Below, piece by piece: positions 50,516-63,604 of a stretch of DNA of 64,000 nt. Location of the stretch: NCBI RefSeq assembly GCF_018350175.1, contig NC_058368.1, positions 125,924,001 to 125,988,000 on the forward strand, given 5' to 3'. Origin of the DNA: Felis catus. Taxonomy: Eukaryota. The notes under the pieces were generated by a model. It was not told the origin of the DNA. It searched no databases and worked only from the letters and a program-made list of their open reading frames with translations. The translations under genes were made by a program, and so were the position numbers. Positions within the stretch are counted from its first letter, which is position 1. Every line of letters begins with the position of its first letter.

Positions 50516-51530
50516 TTCTTGGAGATTCACATTCTTTACTGGGATTGCATTCAGGACTGGCCTTCAGATTTGTAATTAAGCCAAAACCAGAAAGTAGAAG
50601 AGGGAGATGATTTTTTCCCTTTCATTCTCAACTCTTGCCTTCTGAAGGTATAGAGTCAAAGTCTCTACCTATTCTTGACAAGTCCTTCTCCCCACAGAGA
50701 GATTATTCTGGTGTATAATCTGACCTAAGCAGTTACTAGAGGAGCCTGGATATTTGATTAACAGGAAATGGATTGGACTGACACTGGATTAACAAGAAAC
50801 TCTGCTGTCCAGTTTCTCAGAAGAAAGTCAGGAAAACAAAGTACCTGACCCTTAAGAGATATTTAATTAGTGTTGAGTAAATGGAATGTGAAAAAATCCT
50901 CTAGTCTCTCAAGGTCAATATTATGATTTTTAATTATAATTGTTCTCTAAATATACAGGGATATAAGTGAATTAAGAAATATTATTTGACAAAATGGAGA
51001 ATCAACTAGGTTTTACTTCAATCATTTACTATATTGTAGAAGCTACTTTCAGTTTTTTCTCTTATATTCTGTGACAACAAATTATGTAATTTACTCTCTT
51101 ATGCTTCTTTTTTTTAATCTCTCAAAACTTAGAGTCTGTGGTCATAAAATGAATTAAACTTATTAGTGGATATACATATAGATATAACATACCTATATAT
51201 ATACATGCATACATATATAAATATATGCATTTGGGAGGAAAGTTTTGTTTTAATATTTATTAAAAATATTGTCTTTATGGCTCCTCTCAAAATTGGAAAA
51301 GAATATAAATCTCTTAAGACTATTTCAAAATTTCTTATGTAATCTGGTATACATCAGCCTTTCTTTGAGTGTCTTCTCCATCCTCACTCTTGCTTATTTT
51401 AGCATTGACTGTCTGCATGTGATCTTTGGGGCATCAGAGGTCAAAAGAATAGAGTTGCTTAGGATCAGTCACAGAAAGCCTTTGAGTCTTATTGCCTCAT
51501 GCATTTTTGACAGGGGTACAACTTGCGCCC

Positions 51531-51759
51531 TTTCTTCTTTTCTTTTTTTTTTTTTTTAATTTTTAATGTTTATTTATTTTTGAGAGATGGAGTGTGAGCA
51601 GGGGAAGGGCAGAGAGAGAGGGAGACACACAGTCCAAAGCAGGCTCCAGGCTCTCAGCTGTCAGCACAGAACCTGATGTGGGGCTCAAACCCACCGACCA
51701 TGAAATCATGACCTGAGCCCAAGTCACATGCTTAACCACCTGAGCCACCCAGGTGCCCC
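51531..51759 (-). mobile_element. Can-SINE (felid type)
   Basis: ctgagccacccaggtgccc end on +, T-rich tail. Confidence 0.92.
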
Positions 51760-52299
51760 TAGCACCCATTTTTCTAAAGTAGCTCTGTACTTAGTCTTAG
51801 ACATTTGGAGTTAATGAAAATTAATTTCTATTTCTAGTTGATAATAATTCTAAATTGCTGATTATCAGAGTTCAAAGACCAAAGTTTCCTGACAGTGAAA
51901 ACCTGAGAAAAAATTGACAAGCTACTTTTAAAGTGTATATGAAAATACAAATGACATAAGCCAGGCAAGGCAAACTTGAAGGATAAAATTGGAGGATTTA
52001 CACTCCCAGATTTTAAGATTTATTCTAATCTGCAGTAATTAAAGATGAGCTTAAAATGGCATAAGGATACACAAGTAGATCAAAGGAGCAGAATAGAGGA
52101 TGCAGCATGTACTATTATTTGCTTTTCAAGAAAGGAACCAATATAATTCAATGAGGGAAGGAAAGTCTTTTTAATAAATGGTGTTGGAGCAACTTGGTAA
52201 ATATGTTAAAAAAATAAACCTTGACTCCTTTCTCACAACATACACAAAATTATTTTGACATGGATCATAGACCTTAATTTATAAGTGAAACCAGCAAGC

Positions 52300-52610
52300 T
52301 TCTAGTATTTTCCTAATACTACAGCCACTAAGCACATGTAGCTACTGAACACTTGAAATAGCTAGTCCAAATTGAGATGTGCTATAAGTATAAAACACAC
52401 TGATTTCAAAGACGTAGTACAAAAAAAAATGTAAATGAGCTCTTTGATGAAGTTTATACTGGTTAGATTTTGAAATAATATTTTGATATTTGGGTTAAAA
52501 AATTAAAATTAGTTCACCTGTTTCTTTCTATTTTTGTTTAATGTGGATACTAGAAAGTTTCAAATTATATATGTGGCTCATGTTTGTGACTCACACTGAA
52601 TTTTCTTTTC
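52300..52610 (-). mobile_element. MER33-like hAT-Charlie MITE
   Basis: gctagtccaaattgagatgtgct...ttcacctgtttctt...tatatgtggctca. Confidence 0.78.
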
Positions 52611-53133
52611 ACATTGCATTTTTATTGCGCAATACTGCTATAGAAGAAAAGATAAGAAAATAGCTTCAAGTTCTTGAGGAAGGCAAGAATTTTGTAAAAA
52701 GGACACTCACAGAAAATACTAATCATATGGGAAAAAAATAAGCTAGATTTCATCAAATCCTTCTCATCAAATGACATCATTAAGAAAGTAAAAGGGTAAG
52801 CCACAGATTAGAATAAAATGTTTCATTGTGCATACCTAATGAGGATTTATATACAAAATAAATTTTAAGTTCCCATACATCAATAAGAAAAAGGCAAACA
52901 ACCATCAGGAATAAAAATGAAAAAAAAAAAAAAGACTTAAAAAGACATTGCACAAAAGAAGATATCTGAATGGCCAACAAGCAAATGAAAATTTGTTTTA
53001 ATTTTATTGATATGAAGAAAGGGTAAATTAAAATCATAGTGAGTTCATGAAAATATGGTCAGCTGTTTTTGACAAAGGCACAACAATTCAGTGAAGGAAA
53101 AATTCAACAAATGGTTCTGGAACGCTCACAAGT

Positions 53134-53645
53134 TGTGGTAAGTAGAATAACGACCCCTAAAAATGTTAATGTCCTAACCGTGGAACCTGTGAATATGTTA
53201 CTTTACAAGGCAAAGTTCAATTAATGTTAAAGATGGAATTAAAGTTGCTAATCAGCTGATGGGATTACCACCAGAGATTAGCCTGTGTTTCCCAGGTGGA
53301 CCCAATATAGTTAGTCACAAGCCTCCTTAAAGATAGATGGTGGAGGGAGGCAAGAGAGAACCAGGAAGAAGCTGGCAGAGGAATGTTCAGTTTTATATTG
53401 CTGCCTTTGAAGATAGAAGAATATAATAAGCACAAGAATATGGACAGGATCCAGAAGATAGAAAAGATAAGGAAATGGATTCTACCCTAGAACCTACAGA
53501 AAAAACACAGCCCTATTAACACCTTGATTGTTACCTAGTAAAACCCAATTTAGATGTCTGACCTCCAGTGCTGTAATAAAAGTTTGCGTTGTTTTAAGCT
53601 GCTAAGTTTCTGGTATTGTTACAAGAGCAACAGGAAACCAGTGCA
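53134..53645 (+). mobile_element. MLT1 (ERVL-MaLR) solo LTR, MLT1D-like
   Basis: tgtggtaagtagaataa...ggaacctgtgaatatgttac...gattctaccctagaacct...gttttaagctgctaagttt. Confidence 0.85.
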
Positions 53646-54029
53646 GATGTCCCTATGGAAAAAGATAAACTTAGAAGTTCTAGTCCTCAAGAAAATAAGA
53701 CCTATGTTCTCAAAAAGATCTACACAAAACATTTCAAAGCAGCTTTATTCACACAACTGAAATAACACAAATGTCTGGCACAGAAAAATGGAGAAAAAAT
53801 TGTGGTATAAATCTACCATGAATTTTTGAAAACAGCAGTAATAGAATGAAATTCAGATATATGCAACAACATGGATTAATCTGAAAAACATTAGATTGAG
53901 CAAATGAAGCATCTTGATCTGGATATTGGCTACAGGTGTGTACATATACATAAAAGTTCAGAAAGGCTTATATTAAAGATACAGATATTTTACTTCATGT
54001 ACATTTCATTTTTTAAAAATATTTATTTT

Positions 54030-54244
54030 GGGGGCTCCTGGGTGGCTCAGTCAGTTAAGCGGCTGACTTCGGCTCAGATCATGATCTCACGGTCTATGAG
54101 TTCGAGCCCCGCATCGGGCTCTGTGCTGACAGCTCGGAGCCTGGAGCCTGTTTCGGATTCTCTGTCCCCTCCTCTCTCTGACCCTCCCCCGTTCATGCTC
54201 TGTCTCTCTCTGTCTCAAAAATAAATAAACGTTAAAAAAAATTA
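54030..54244 (+). mobile_element. Young Can-SINE (SINEC_Fc type) inserted in the tail of an opposite-strand SINE
   Basis: CpG-rich body. TSD aaaaatatttattttg starting at 54015 and 54245. Confidence 0.95.
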
Positions 54245-54249
54245 AAAAT

Positions 54250-54442
54250 ATTTATTTTGGGAGACAGAGAAGGAGCATGGTAGTGGGGGAGGGACAGAGA
54301 GAAAGGGAGAGAGAATCCCAAGCAGGCTGTGCACTGTTAGTGTGGAGCCCAACTCAGGGCTCAATCTCATGAATCATGAGATCATGACTTGAGACTAAAT
54401 CAAGAGTTGGACACTTAACCGACTGAGCCACCCACGTGCCCC
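54250..54442 (-). mobile_element. Can-SINE (older host element)
   Basis: gagaatcccaagcaggc...ctgagccacccacgtgcccc. Outer TSD tgta.atttc. Confidence 0.9.
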
Positions 54443-56074
54443 TGTAAATTTCTTCTTAATATAAAAACCCGCTAAATTTTAAAAATGCAACATTATTTTT
54501 TCTAGATGGAACTTTATCCTTCCAGTCTGGTGTTTGAGTTGGGTAGTGGCGGAAAGGGAAGAATGAGATGATAGATACACTGGGGAAAGCTCAGTCAGTC
54601 AGATGTGATGTGGTCAAAGGGGAGAAAAGCAAAAAGATTAAGTTGTTTTAGGGAAAGTCTAGAGGAAAGGCCCAGCAAGACTCACCCACCGAAGTCTGCT
54701 GTTTACTCCCCAACCCAAGTAAGGATGAGAACTAAGACAATAGTTGATAGCCTCTCTTTCCAGTTATCAGCTAGGTCTTTTGGACACATGCTTTTGCAAC
54801 TGGCAGAAAGTGACATTTTCATCTCTTGTTAATAATTTTTCTCAGTTGCAAGATCAAACTTTTAATGTCTGTTAAAATCAAAACTTACCCAACCTACATA
54901 TTCTCCAAAAAGTCTCTAAATGACATCTCTTGGCTTTACTAAACATTTATTTTTTTAGCCATTGCTTAATCAAATCCATGACACATGATAACAAAGTGGT
55001 TCATTTAGGTGCTAATTTCTACTCTTGTATCAATAGTACACCTAAGAATAGTTAGATAATTGTATCTTCACAATTTTCTTTCAGTTGCCAGCAATCAACA
55101 AGAGCATAACCCCAGCTGTATCTGTTTAATGGAAAAATCTGAGACAGACTTTCCTTTCCTTTGTTATTTTTTAAAATTCCGTGTAGTCTAATTATATTCT
55201 GCAAAATAAGAAAACATTTTGTAATAGTTAAATGCCATTGATATATCCTAACAAATCAAGGCAGCTTGAGTTATTAATGTTGAAAATTGCTTACCTACTT
55301 GCAAATAGATTACTCTTTTCTCAGTATTTATGCTTCTGTGTGGTAATCTATTCTTCTGTAGACTGGGGGTGTTTGTAGCTCCTTTTCATCCTAGTTGGCC
55401 CCAAGCAAGTAAACTGAATGTGACCACCATCTCTCCAGTGACCACATAAAGAACATGAAAACACCTTTGGTTTCTTCTTGGCTTTATCCCTCACATTGAA
55501 TTAATCACCAACTCTAATGACACCAATTTTTGTCACTCGAGTTTGATTCTGTTTTATGACAGGATATGTTAAGATTGTTGATTTATTTATTTTTTTGGAA
55601 CAATTCTGCGAGTAACCCTATTTTTTTGACTTATAATTTTTACCCGCTCTTCCTATTTAAACAGCCATTCTATTTTTAACAATGCAGTTTCTTACAAAGG
55701 GGAGGCATGAGCATGTTTGGCATATTTGAGAAACAATAAGCCACCCAAAATGACTGAATCTCAATATCGGCAGCTTCTGCTCAGGGGGGAAGACAAGGTT
55801 TTGATAATACAGGGCATTGTAGGCTGTGGTAAGAATGGGGTTTTATTTTTGCTGTGTGAAGAAGAAACACAAGGAGTGAGAGAAAGACCTAGAATAAAAG
55901 ACCACTCTTTTCCAAAGGAGAGAGGATAGTGGCAGAGCCTAGGTTGATAATGGTGAGAGTTCCTACTACTTGTGAACTGCTCGGCACTACTTGAAGCACA
56001 CCTGACTTTAAATTCAGAACCAACAGTCTCAGATTATGCCTGTCACTTGGCCAGGTTAACCATACAGAGGAGAA

Positions 56075-56220
56075 GCTTGGGAGGAACTCTGGACTGGCCC
56101 TGGGAATACCTGGGTTCTAGTGTGCTCTCTTCCCACTAACAAGCTGTGGAGTATTGGTAAGTCCTTCTACCTCTCAAGGCCTCAGTTTCTCACAAGTAAA
56201 ATGAGAGAGCTGGAAAAGAT
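56075..56220 (+). mobile_element. MIR fragment
   Basis: cctgggttctagt...gcctcagtttctcacaagtaaaatgaga core. Confidence 0.6.
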
Positions 56221-56284
56221 TTTATTTAAGCGTGTTTGTAGTAACTCAAGCAGATGGGTTTGGCCTTTTAAAAGAGAAGCTTAG

Positions 56285-56384
56285 TGGATGCCAGGGTGGC
56301 TTCTTTCTCTCTGTCTTTCTCTCTCTCTCCTTCTCTCTCACATGTGCCCTCTCTCTCACTGTCTCTCTCTCAAAAAAAAAATAT
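56285..56384 (+). mobile_element. Internally deleted Can-SINE
   Basis: Head ggatgccagggtggct joined directly to (CT)n and A tail. TSD aaaagagaagcttag at 56269-56283 and 56385-56399. Confidence 0.8.
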
Positions 56385-59090
56385 AAAAGAGAAGCTTAGA
56401 AAAAAATGTCACTTGATGATATGCATTGGGGAGATGAGACCCCTTAGGGTCCTCGGAACCACAGGGAGGTTCCCTTCTTCTCTCTTCATCCGATCAAGTT
56501 TGTGATGCACAAGGAATCTGCATCCCAGGATCCTCTCACTCTCTCCTTTCCCACAAAGGCCTCCTCCCATACACACATGATCTTCATCACATAGGTGTGT
56601 GTATTACTCCCCAAGGAATGAAACACTGAAAGCCTGGCTGGAGTAGAAACACCACTGTCAATCCTGGCAACTGGAAAAGGTTTCTTGTGCTTAACAGGGC
56701 ACATGAACACTGCACAGATGGCCTTTCTGTGCATGCATGTGATTACCATAGTAAGAAAGAAAGAAGTATAAAATGAGGATTCAATTCTTAGTGTGCCATG
56801 AAGTGGGAAATTAACAAAATCCAGAAACTTAGTTATAGGTTACATCAAATCAACATAATGCTTTTTTTCTGGGACTTCAAGGAGACCTAACTTAATGGCT
56901 TAGTTATTAATTTCTATTAAACTAAAGGGAAAATAAATAAATGAGTTGCCTATGGTCAAACCACAGGAATCTGGGTGGACTTCAACTCCTTCCCTTCATG
57001 AGCTGCTGGCATGCATCTTGTCTTGCTTGTTAGGAAAGGAAAAGCCCAGCATGGAGGTAAGTCATCCGATTGGCCACCTTCTGTGTGCTGGTTCCTGTTT
57101 TAGATGCTTTAAGCCTGTGAACTTATTTGATGCTAATAACTTTCTTCTTCGCATTGTACAGATGAGAGAGGTACCTTACCTGTAACTTTTCAGAGATTGT
57201 ATTGCGAAGGACAGATTAACTTCGTCTCTCCTTGAACCATCTACTTCACAACGAACTCAAGTTGGTTCTCTTTCAGGAAAGCTGTACCTGTCCTTTCTGA
57301 GGCTTTTACCACATCCCACTGAAAGTGCTGGAAAGCTCTTCTGTGCATCTCTTCCTTCTTTCCTTCAGTAAATACTCGCTATATGCCATAATGCCTGAAT
57401 TCCTCTCTCCTGTGATTATAACTGTCTTTGTTGATTTTTTTTTTTTGGTATTCCACTGCAATCTCAAGGAAAAGAATATTAAATTTTCCAACAATTCATG
57501 TCAAAAGGTAGTTGAATAATTCTGCAAAAGGGAGCAAGGCATAAATATGTTTGTTTTTAAAAAGGGAAACAAGCGTTAACTTAGGGAAGGATAATTGAAA
57601 ATGTATGGCTTCTGTCCCTTAAAAAAAGGGCCTCTTTGCATGCAAACCACTGGTTTCACTGTCCTTAAGTCTTGTTTACAGTAGGTTTTTTAAGATTGGT
57701 GATTTAAGAACAACGAACATTTTCATGGAATTGTATAAAACCCCATACTACATATTCCAAAATACACCAAATGGCTACTTGGATGAGTGATCTCAAAAAC
57801 CATACATAATGCATGAATAGTAGTAGAATATATCTTAGGTATTTTGATTTATGCTGTTCAAGCTGGGAACAGTGATAGAGTGGTTCTGTATTGTGTCACT
57901 GCGCGTTACCTAGCTTCCTGAGCTTTAGACTGTAAGAGCCCACTGTAGGGGGTGTTGTCTGGATTACATGCTGCAGTTTAGAGCATCAAGGTAGGTTTTC
58001 AGTAACTGTTTGAAAAATTGTGGTGAATTGATGTTTTATCACCCTTGAAATGCAGAGTGTACTTCTCTCCAGGAAAGTAACTGTGAGCCAGAAGAATATA
58101 AGTGATGACCTTTGAAGGTGTTCACTTGGGGAAGTGGGTGTGGTGGTGTGGGCTGCCAACTGCAGACAGGAAATGTAGGTGTAGACTGTTTGGATTCCAT
58201 GATGCCGAATCATTTAGCCACAGAATAACCAAATGTTCCCAGTAAAGTCTGCATTTTTACATAGGAGCCCACACTGGGATGTTTCTTTAAAGCACGTATG
58301 TATTAGATATGTTCATTGAATCAAAAAGCAAAACCAAGCATGATCAGAATATTTCTAGAAGGTTCCAAGGCAAGCTTACTTTGGATGAGGCAGGAAGTAA
58401 CAATTCAAGGCATGACTTGGTTTCCTGTCAGTCATTTTCTTCATAAGAATAGAGGGAGAGAGAACAGACAGACAAGCATTTCTATCCCTGAAAGAGATGT
58501 TAGGCTCCATCCTCAAGATGGAAAGTACCACTAGCCCTACATGAAAGTTCTTAAGACCTTGCTCCAAAATTGAGATTGTTCTAAAATAGCAGCACCATCA
58601 AAAGCAAAAAGCCAACTTCCTTGTTTCCTACAATGCACAAATGCAGTTGTTTGAATGACTTCATCCCTCAGGAAGTTGTGTTGATGGGGAATGCCAGTCA
58701 CTATTCTCACAGGCATCTTTTGGGGAGTTTTTATTTTATGGCACTTTGACTGTAAAACTTTATTATCTTGTTGCTACTATTAGGGAATAAATGTGTTCTT
58801 TGGATTGTAAAATCTAACTTGGTGTTTCCTAAGCATTTTATGTTATTTATATGGCATCCAAGAATGGGAATTCAATTTTCATTTCATTTTGGCTGACAGA
58901 ATAAACACTATTTCTTAGTTTATCCATTAGACCAAGAGACATCATTTGAGTTGAAAGAACACTAAAGAAAGGGTTCAGAGGAAACTTCATCTGCCTTTTG
59001 TTTTTTTCCTCAGGCATTTAGAAAACTGAACTCTGTATTTTCCACATTCCTCTCCTTTTCCTGAAATCTCTTTCCTGTAGCAAAGAAGAG

Positions 59091-59568
59091 GCAGCATAGC
59101 CCAGTGGTTAAGTGCATAGAGACTTGAGTCAGACTGAGAGAATATATATATATTTTTTAATTTTTAATGCTTATTTATTTTTGATAGAGAAAGAGAATGA
59201 GGGTGAGTTGGGGAGGAGCAGAGAGAGAGGGAGATAGAGGATCTGAAGTGGGCTCTACACTGACAGTCAAGAGCCAGATGTGGGGCTCAAACCCTCAAAC
59301 CGTGGGATCATGACCTGAGCTTAAATCAAGAGTCTGACAATTAACCCACTGAGCCACCAGGCACTTCCAGACTGAGAGGATTTTAATCCCAGCTCCACTG
59401 TAGGCTGGACATGTTATTAAAACTCTCCGTGCTTCAGTTTATCCATCTGTTGGGGAAAAAAAGGGGTAGGTTTATAGGATTGTTGTATAGATTATATAAA
59501 TTAATGTATGTAAAGCATGTGGAGCTGTGCCTAGAACAGAACAAGCACTCTTACATGTAGTAGCTATT
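59091..59568 (+). mobile_element. MIR split by a Can-SINE
   Basis: gcagcatagcccagtggttaag...aatcccagctccac...ctccgtgcttcagtttatccatctgt...tgtatgtaaagca. Confidence 0.75.
59150..59368 (-). mobile_element. Can-SINE inserted in a MIR
   Basis: gatcatgacctgagc...ctgagccaccaggcac. TSD cagactgagag. Confidence 0.9.
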
Positions 59569-59919
59569 AGGTCACCATAGCCTCCCGACCTCTGTTCACG
59601 TCCGGTCACCTCCGCAGCCTTCTCCCAGCTGTGTTGTTAGCCCTGCTCCTCATGTCCTCTGACTTTGCTACAACTTTGTTATTGCCACTCTGTCTTACCT
59701 CCAACTTCATAGTTCTTCAAAATCTAAGTGGAATCTCCATAAGCAATGCATTCCTCTGAAAAGAGGCAAAGCTTGTCCCTGAATCATGACATTATTTGTC
59801 ACAAAATAAACATAGGAGACTGAACCAAAGAGAAGAGATTTGAGTAAAGACATGGGTGTGGTGCAGTGTTTTCTACTTTTGAGTTCACATCCCTTTTTTA
59901 GTTTAGTTTCACCTTCTTC

Positions 59920-60040
59920 TTTTTTGAAAGTTTTATTTATTTATTTTGAGACAGAATGAGAGAAGAGGGGTCAGGGAGGGATGGAGAGCAGGGGAGGGGG
60001 GGAGAGAGAAAATCCCAAGCAGGCTCAGGGTTGTCAGTAA
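59920..60040 (-). mobile_element. 5'-truncated Can-SINE
   Basis: tttatttatttattttgagacag...aatcccaagcaggctc...tgtcagt; no head. Confidence 0.75.
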
Positions 60041-60070
60041 GGAACTTACTTTTAAAAGTTGAATAGTCAT

Positions 60071-60306
60071 GGGGCGCCTGGGTGGCGCAGTCGGTTAAGC
60101 GTCTGACTTCAGCCAGGTCACGATCTCGCGGTCCGGGAGTTCGAGCCCCACGTCGGGCTCTGTGCTGATGGCTCAGTGCCTGGAGCCTGTTTCTGATTCT
60201 GTGTCTCCCTCTCTCTCTGCCCCTCCCCCGTTCATGCTCTGTCTCTCTCTGTCCCAAAAAATAAATAAACGTTGAAAAAAAAATTTAAAATAAAAAAAAG
60301 AAAAAA
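60071..60306 (+). mobile_element. Young Can-SINE (SINEC_Fc type)
   Basis: ggggcgcctgggtggcgcagtcggttaagcg. Perfect TSD aaaagttgaatagtcat at 60054-60070 and 60307-60323; long A tail. Confidence 0.96.
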
Positions 60307-60399
60307 AAAAGTTGAATAGTCATTTGTCCAGTCTTCATTTTTTTCATGAGCATCTCATGTATAAGCAGGAGGCTAATTTAAAAGATTATATTAAGAAAT

Positions 60400-60560
60400 A
60401 AGAGGGAGGCAAACCACAAGAGACACTTAAATACAGAGAACAAACTGAGGGGTAAGGGAGGAGGGGGAGGGGGGAATGGGTGATGGGCATTTGGGAGGGC
60501 ACTTGTTGGGATGAGCACTGGGTGTTGCACGTAAGCCAATTTGACAATAAATTATATTAA
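60400..60560 (+). mobile_element. 5'-truncated felid L1 3' end
   Basis: gagggaggcaaaccacaagagac...gagaacaaactgagg...gggatgagcactgggtgttg...aataaa; reverse-complement relative of the copy at 18 kb. Confidence 0.85.
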
Positions 60561-62302
60561 TTTTTTTAATCCAAAAAATGAAAGTAAACATTAAAAAGTA
60601 TAACTTAAAAATAAATATGAGAATGTCTATATTGAGAATGTTTATAATGTTCTCCAAATCAATTGGTGGTGCAAGGGGAAAAAAGATAAAGTAATGGGCT
60701 TAAAAAATTAGTAAAATGATGAATTACATGTTTGCCTTTGGTTTTCCAGTCTTAGAGAATATCCTCCTTTGAGTTAGGAACAAAAGATAGACTTCTGGGT
60801 TTCTTGTTGTTGTATTAGAGCTGTTGAATCCATTTTACAAAATTAATGTACTGAAAATAAGTAGCACTTAGACTTTTTGCAAAGTTAAGGTTGACTTATT
60901 TCTGAACTTGTTGAAGATGTCCTTTTCTAAAACAGCTCTGAGATCTCTGAGTTTTCAAACTTCCTCTTAGAAAGATTGCCATTGTCCAATAAAATCACAG
61001 GATTCACCGAGACATCTCCATATTAAAAATAAACAAATAGTGCAACGTAACGGTGGGCTGGAAAATAAGACCTCTTGAGGTCTTTAACTGCAAGACTGGA
61101 AGGAGACACTGTATCACCTTTTAAAAATCTGTTTGAAGCTTTTGAGTTGTATTTCAAATTAAACTAGAAGCTTTGGAGATCTGGTTTGTTTTTATTCCTT
61201 GTAAAGTATTCCAGCCTTATTCAAAGGGGAAAAAAAAAAAGAAAGAAAACTTAATATCCTCCATAAAAGCCAAAGCTTCTGGAACTTCTAATAGCTCATA
61301 TGAAACATCACAACAAACAAAATGTAAATGAATTAGAAACAGATGTATTACTCTGCTGTTGAAATATCTATGAATTTTAAAATTAGGAAAGTTGGAAGAA
61401 AAAAGAGCTGGTGAGAGATAATAAATTGATCATGACTGTACTACATTATCTTATAATCAAAACATGCTTTTCCAGTCAAACACAGAATATCAATTTTTAA
61501 TGGCTTCTGAAGTTTGAGTTTGCTCTAGGATCCTTAATGTTAAAACACTGTTAAGTTACTTATATATAAAAAAATACTTTGGTGATGTTTTCTAAGACAG
61601 TATGTATTCTTAGAGCAGTGATTTACTTTTTTGTTCTAGTTGACTACACATTCAGTGTTAATTATGCATTGGCTTTTAATACACCTAATTGTTTATATAA
61701 AATTACCTAAACTTTACATGGACACTCAACTACATAGAATTATGCGTGCATTATTTTCTGCCACTGCGTCCATAAGAGGGGAAGATAGTATATTTTAACT
61801 TTTTCTGTGTTTCTGCCACCTATTTATTTTTAATGCTGTGAACAATTTATGAAAAATTGAGCTCAGAATATAGTTAATTTTACAAGGCCATACATTAATA
61901 GAGGGAACACTTGTGACTGTCCCATTGCTCATGGAGAAGTTGGAGACAGGGAAGAGTTGATGCAGTTGTAAGGTCCGCTGTATTTGCTCAAATCCAGATA
62001 TATAGAGAAAACAAAGTATGCTATTCAGTTGGTGGTTTCTGTGCTCTTGTGCTAGAGGAGATTAGCTGCTGCTTTGTTATGAACATGTACATTAACCATA
62101 AATAGCAAGTCATAAGTGTAGACAATATGGTAGTATAAACACCATGGGTTGTCAACTGGACTAGGAAGGAATTTAATTCTCATTGGAGTCTTGAGTACAG
62201 TTTCCCTGGCCTTTATCCCCATGTAGCATCTCTTTTGCTGAAATTCAGGTTTGTTGCAGAGTAACATGCACTGTCTTAACCAGTCTGGTCCAAAGCAGAA
62301 CA

Positions 62303-62780
62303 TGACAGGTAGAATATGCCGCCCCCAAAAATGCCACTTTGGCAAATGGATTATTTTGAGCTGTAGGTACTTGGAAAATAGCAAATGCAGTAAAAAGCTT
62401 ATTCTAAACTCTGTCATCTGCCTAAAGACAAATCCTCCAAAAAGAAATCACTTGTCACGAATCTCCTCCCTCATAATTTCATCAACCAGGGAGGATGGAC
62501 TCTTGGTCATGGGAGAAGAGAAATCAAGTCCACATCACATCTAGACAAGTGTCACAAACTATCACACCTTCCATCTACTAAGGAGCTATTCATCATTTCT
62601 AAAAATCGTTTACTGTCCCCGAAGATCCCTCCACCCCTATTAAGATGATCCTTAAGCCTGCATTCTAAGTCACTTGGGGAGGTATACAGATGAATAAACT
62701 TCTGTTTATTTTTCTTCCATTAATCTTTTCTTGCAAGGGTCTCAGCTAAGACTTCAGAAGTCTGGAGGGAAAAGTATTCA
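62303..62780 (+). mobile_element. ERV1 solo LTR, MER34-like
   Basis: agaatatgccgcccccaaaaatgccactttggca..ggattattttgagctg.agg start; aataaa near 62693. Confidence 0.75.
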
Positions 62781-62980
62781 AATGTATAACTAATCTTGCT
62801 CAGAGGAGCTGTGAACATCAGTGCTTAATGTGGTGTTGAGGACCACCCTCAAGAATAATTCTTGATATTCTCACTTTATGCCCATCCTCTCTCTTTTCAG
62901 CTCACTTTATGGTCAATCATGTCTACAGGCACTGTATTTGGGTCTCTGAGCCTCCACTCATTACAAATAAGAAGCACTCT

Positions 62981-63155
62981 GGTGTGCCTCGGTGGCTCAG
63001 TCAATTAAGCATCCAACTCTAGATTTTGACTCAGGTCATGGTCTCATGGTTCATGAGATTGAGCCCTGCTTCAGGCTCAGCACAACAGTGCAGAGCTTAT
63101 TTGGGATTCTTTCTCTTTCTTGGTCACTGCCTCTACCCTCACATGTTCTTTTCTT
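62981..63155 (+). mobile_element. Can-SINE (older, tail decayed)
   Basis: gcctcggtggctcagtcaattaagc...tcaggtcatggtctcatggttcatgag. Confidence 0.82.
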
Positions 63156-63604
63156 TGCAAACCTTATATCCTTAGGACTCAGATGTCTGGACTTAGAACC
63201 TTCTTCCCTGCATTCTTTCTAACATGGTACTCTCCATATTTCTTTAGTTCATTGCCCGATAATAAGATGATCCCTTGTGATAAAACTGGATCCAGTATCT
63301 ACTCAGAAGCATTTTCGTCTGTTCTGCCCATCCCTGTGCTTAGCTTTGTTTTGATAAACACTTTGCCTGCTCCTGAACAGTTAAATACAGGTATTTTAAT
63401 TCCTAATCTAGTTATTACACTTGATCAAATTCTCCCTACTTAGTGTGTCTGCCACTTAAAATCTCTTTTTTTTTTTTATCTTTGCCATATTTCACCAGGT
63501 TTTAACTTTTTCATCTTATCAGTAGATAGGGGTTACATGGGCTTCAGAATCACATTACTTAGTCATCTTTGGACTGCAAGATGTTGTTAGTCAAATTGTA
63601 GGCT

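Larger units (their letters stand above)
51900..53905 (+). mobile_element. Ancient L1M ORF2 3' fragment interrupted by MER33 and MLT1
   Basis: ggaggatttacactcccagattttaagatttat (GG.TLPDFK.Y), aataaatggtgttggagcaac, aaaagaagatatctgaatggccaacaagca, gcaacaacatggattaatct. Confidence 0.72.
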
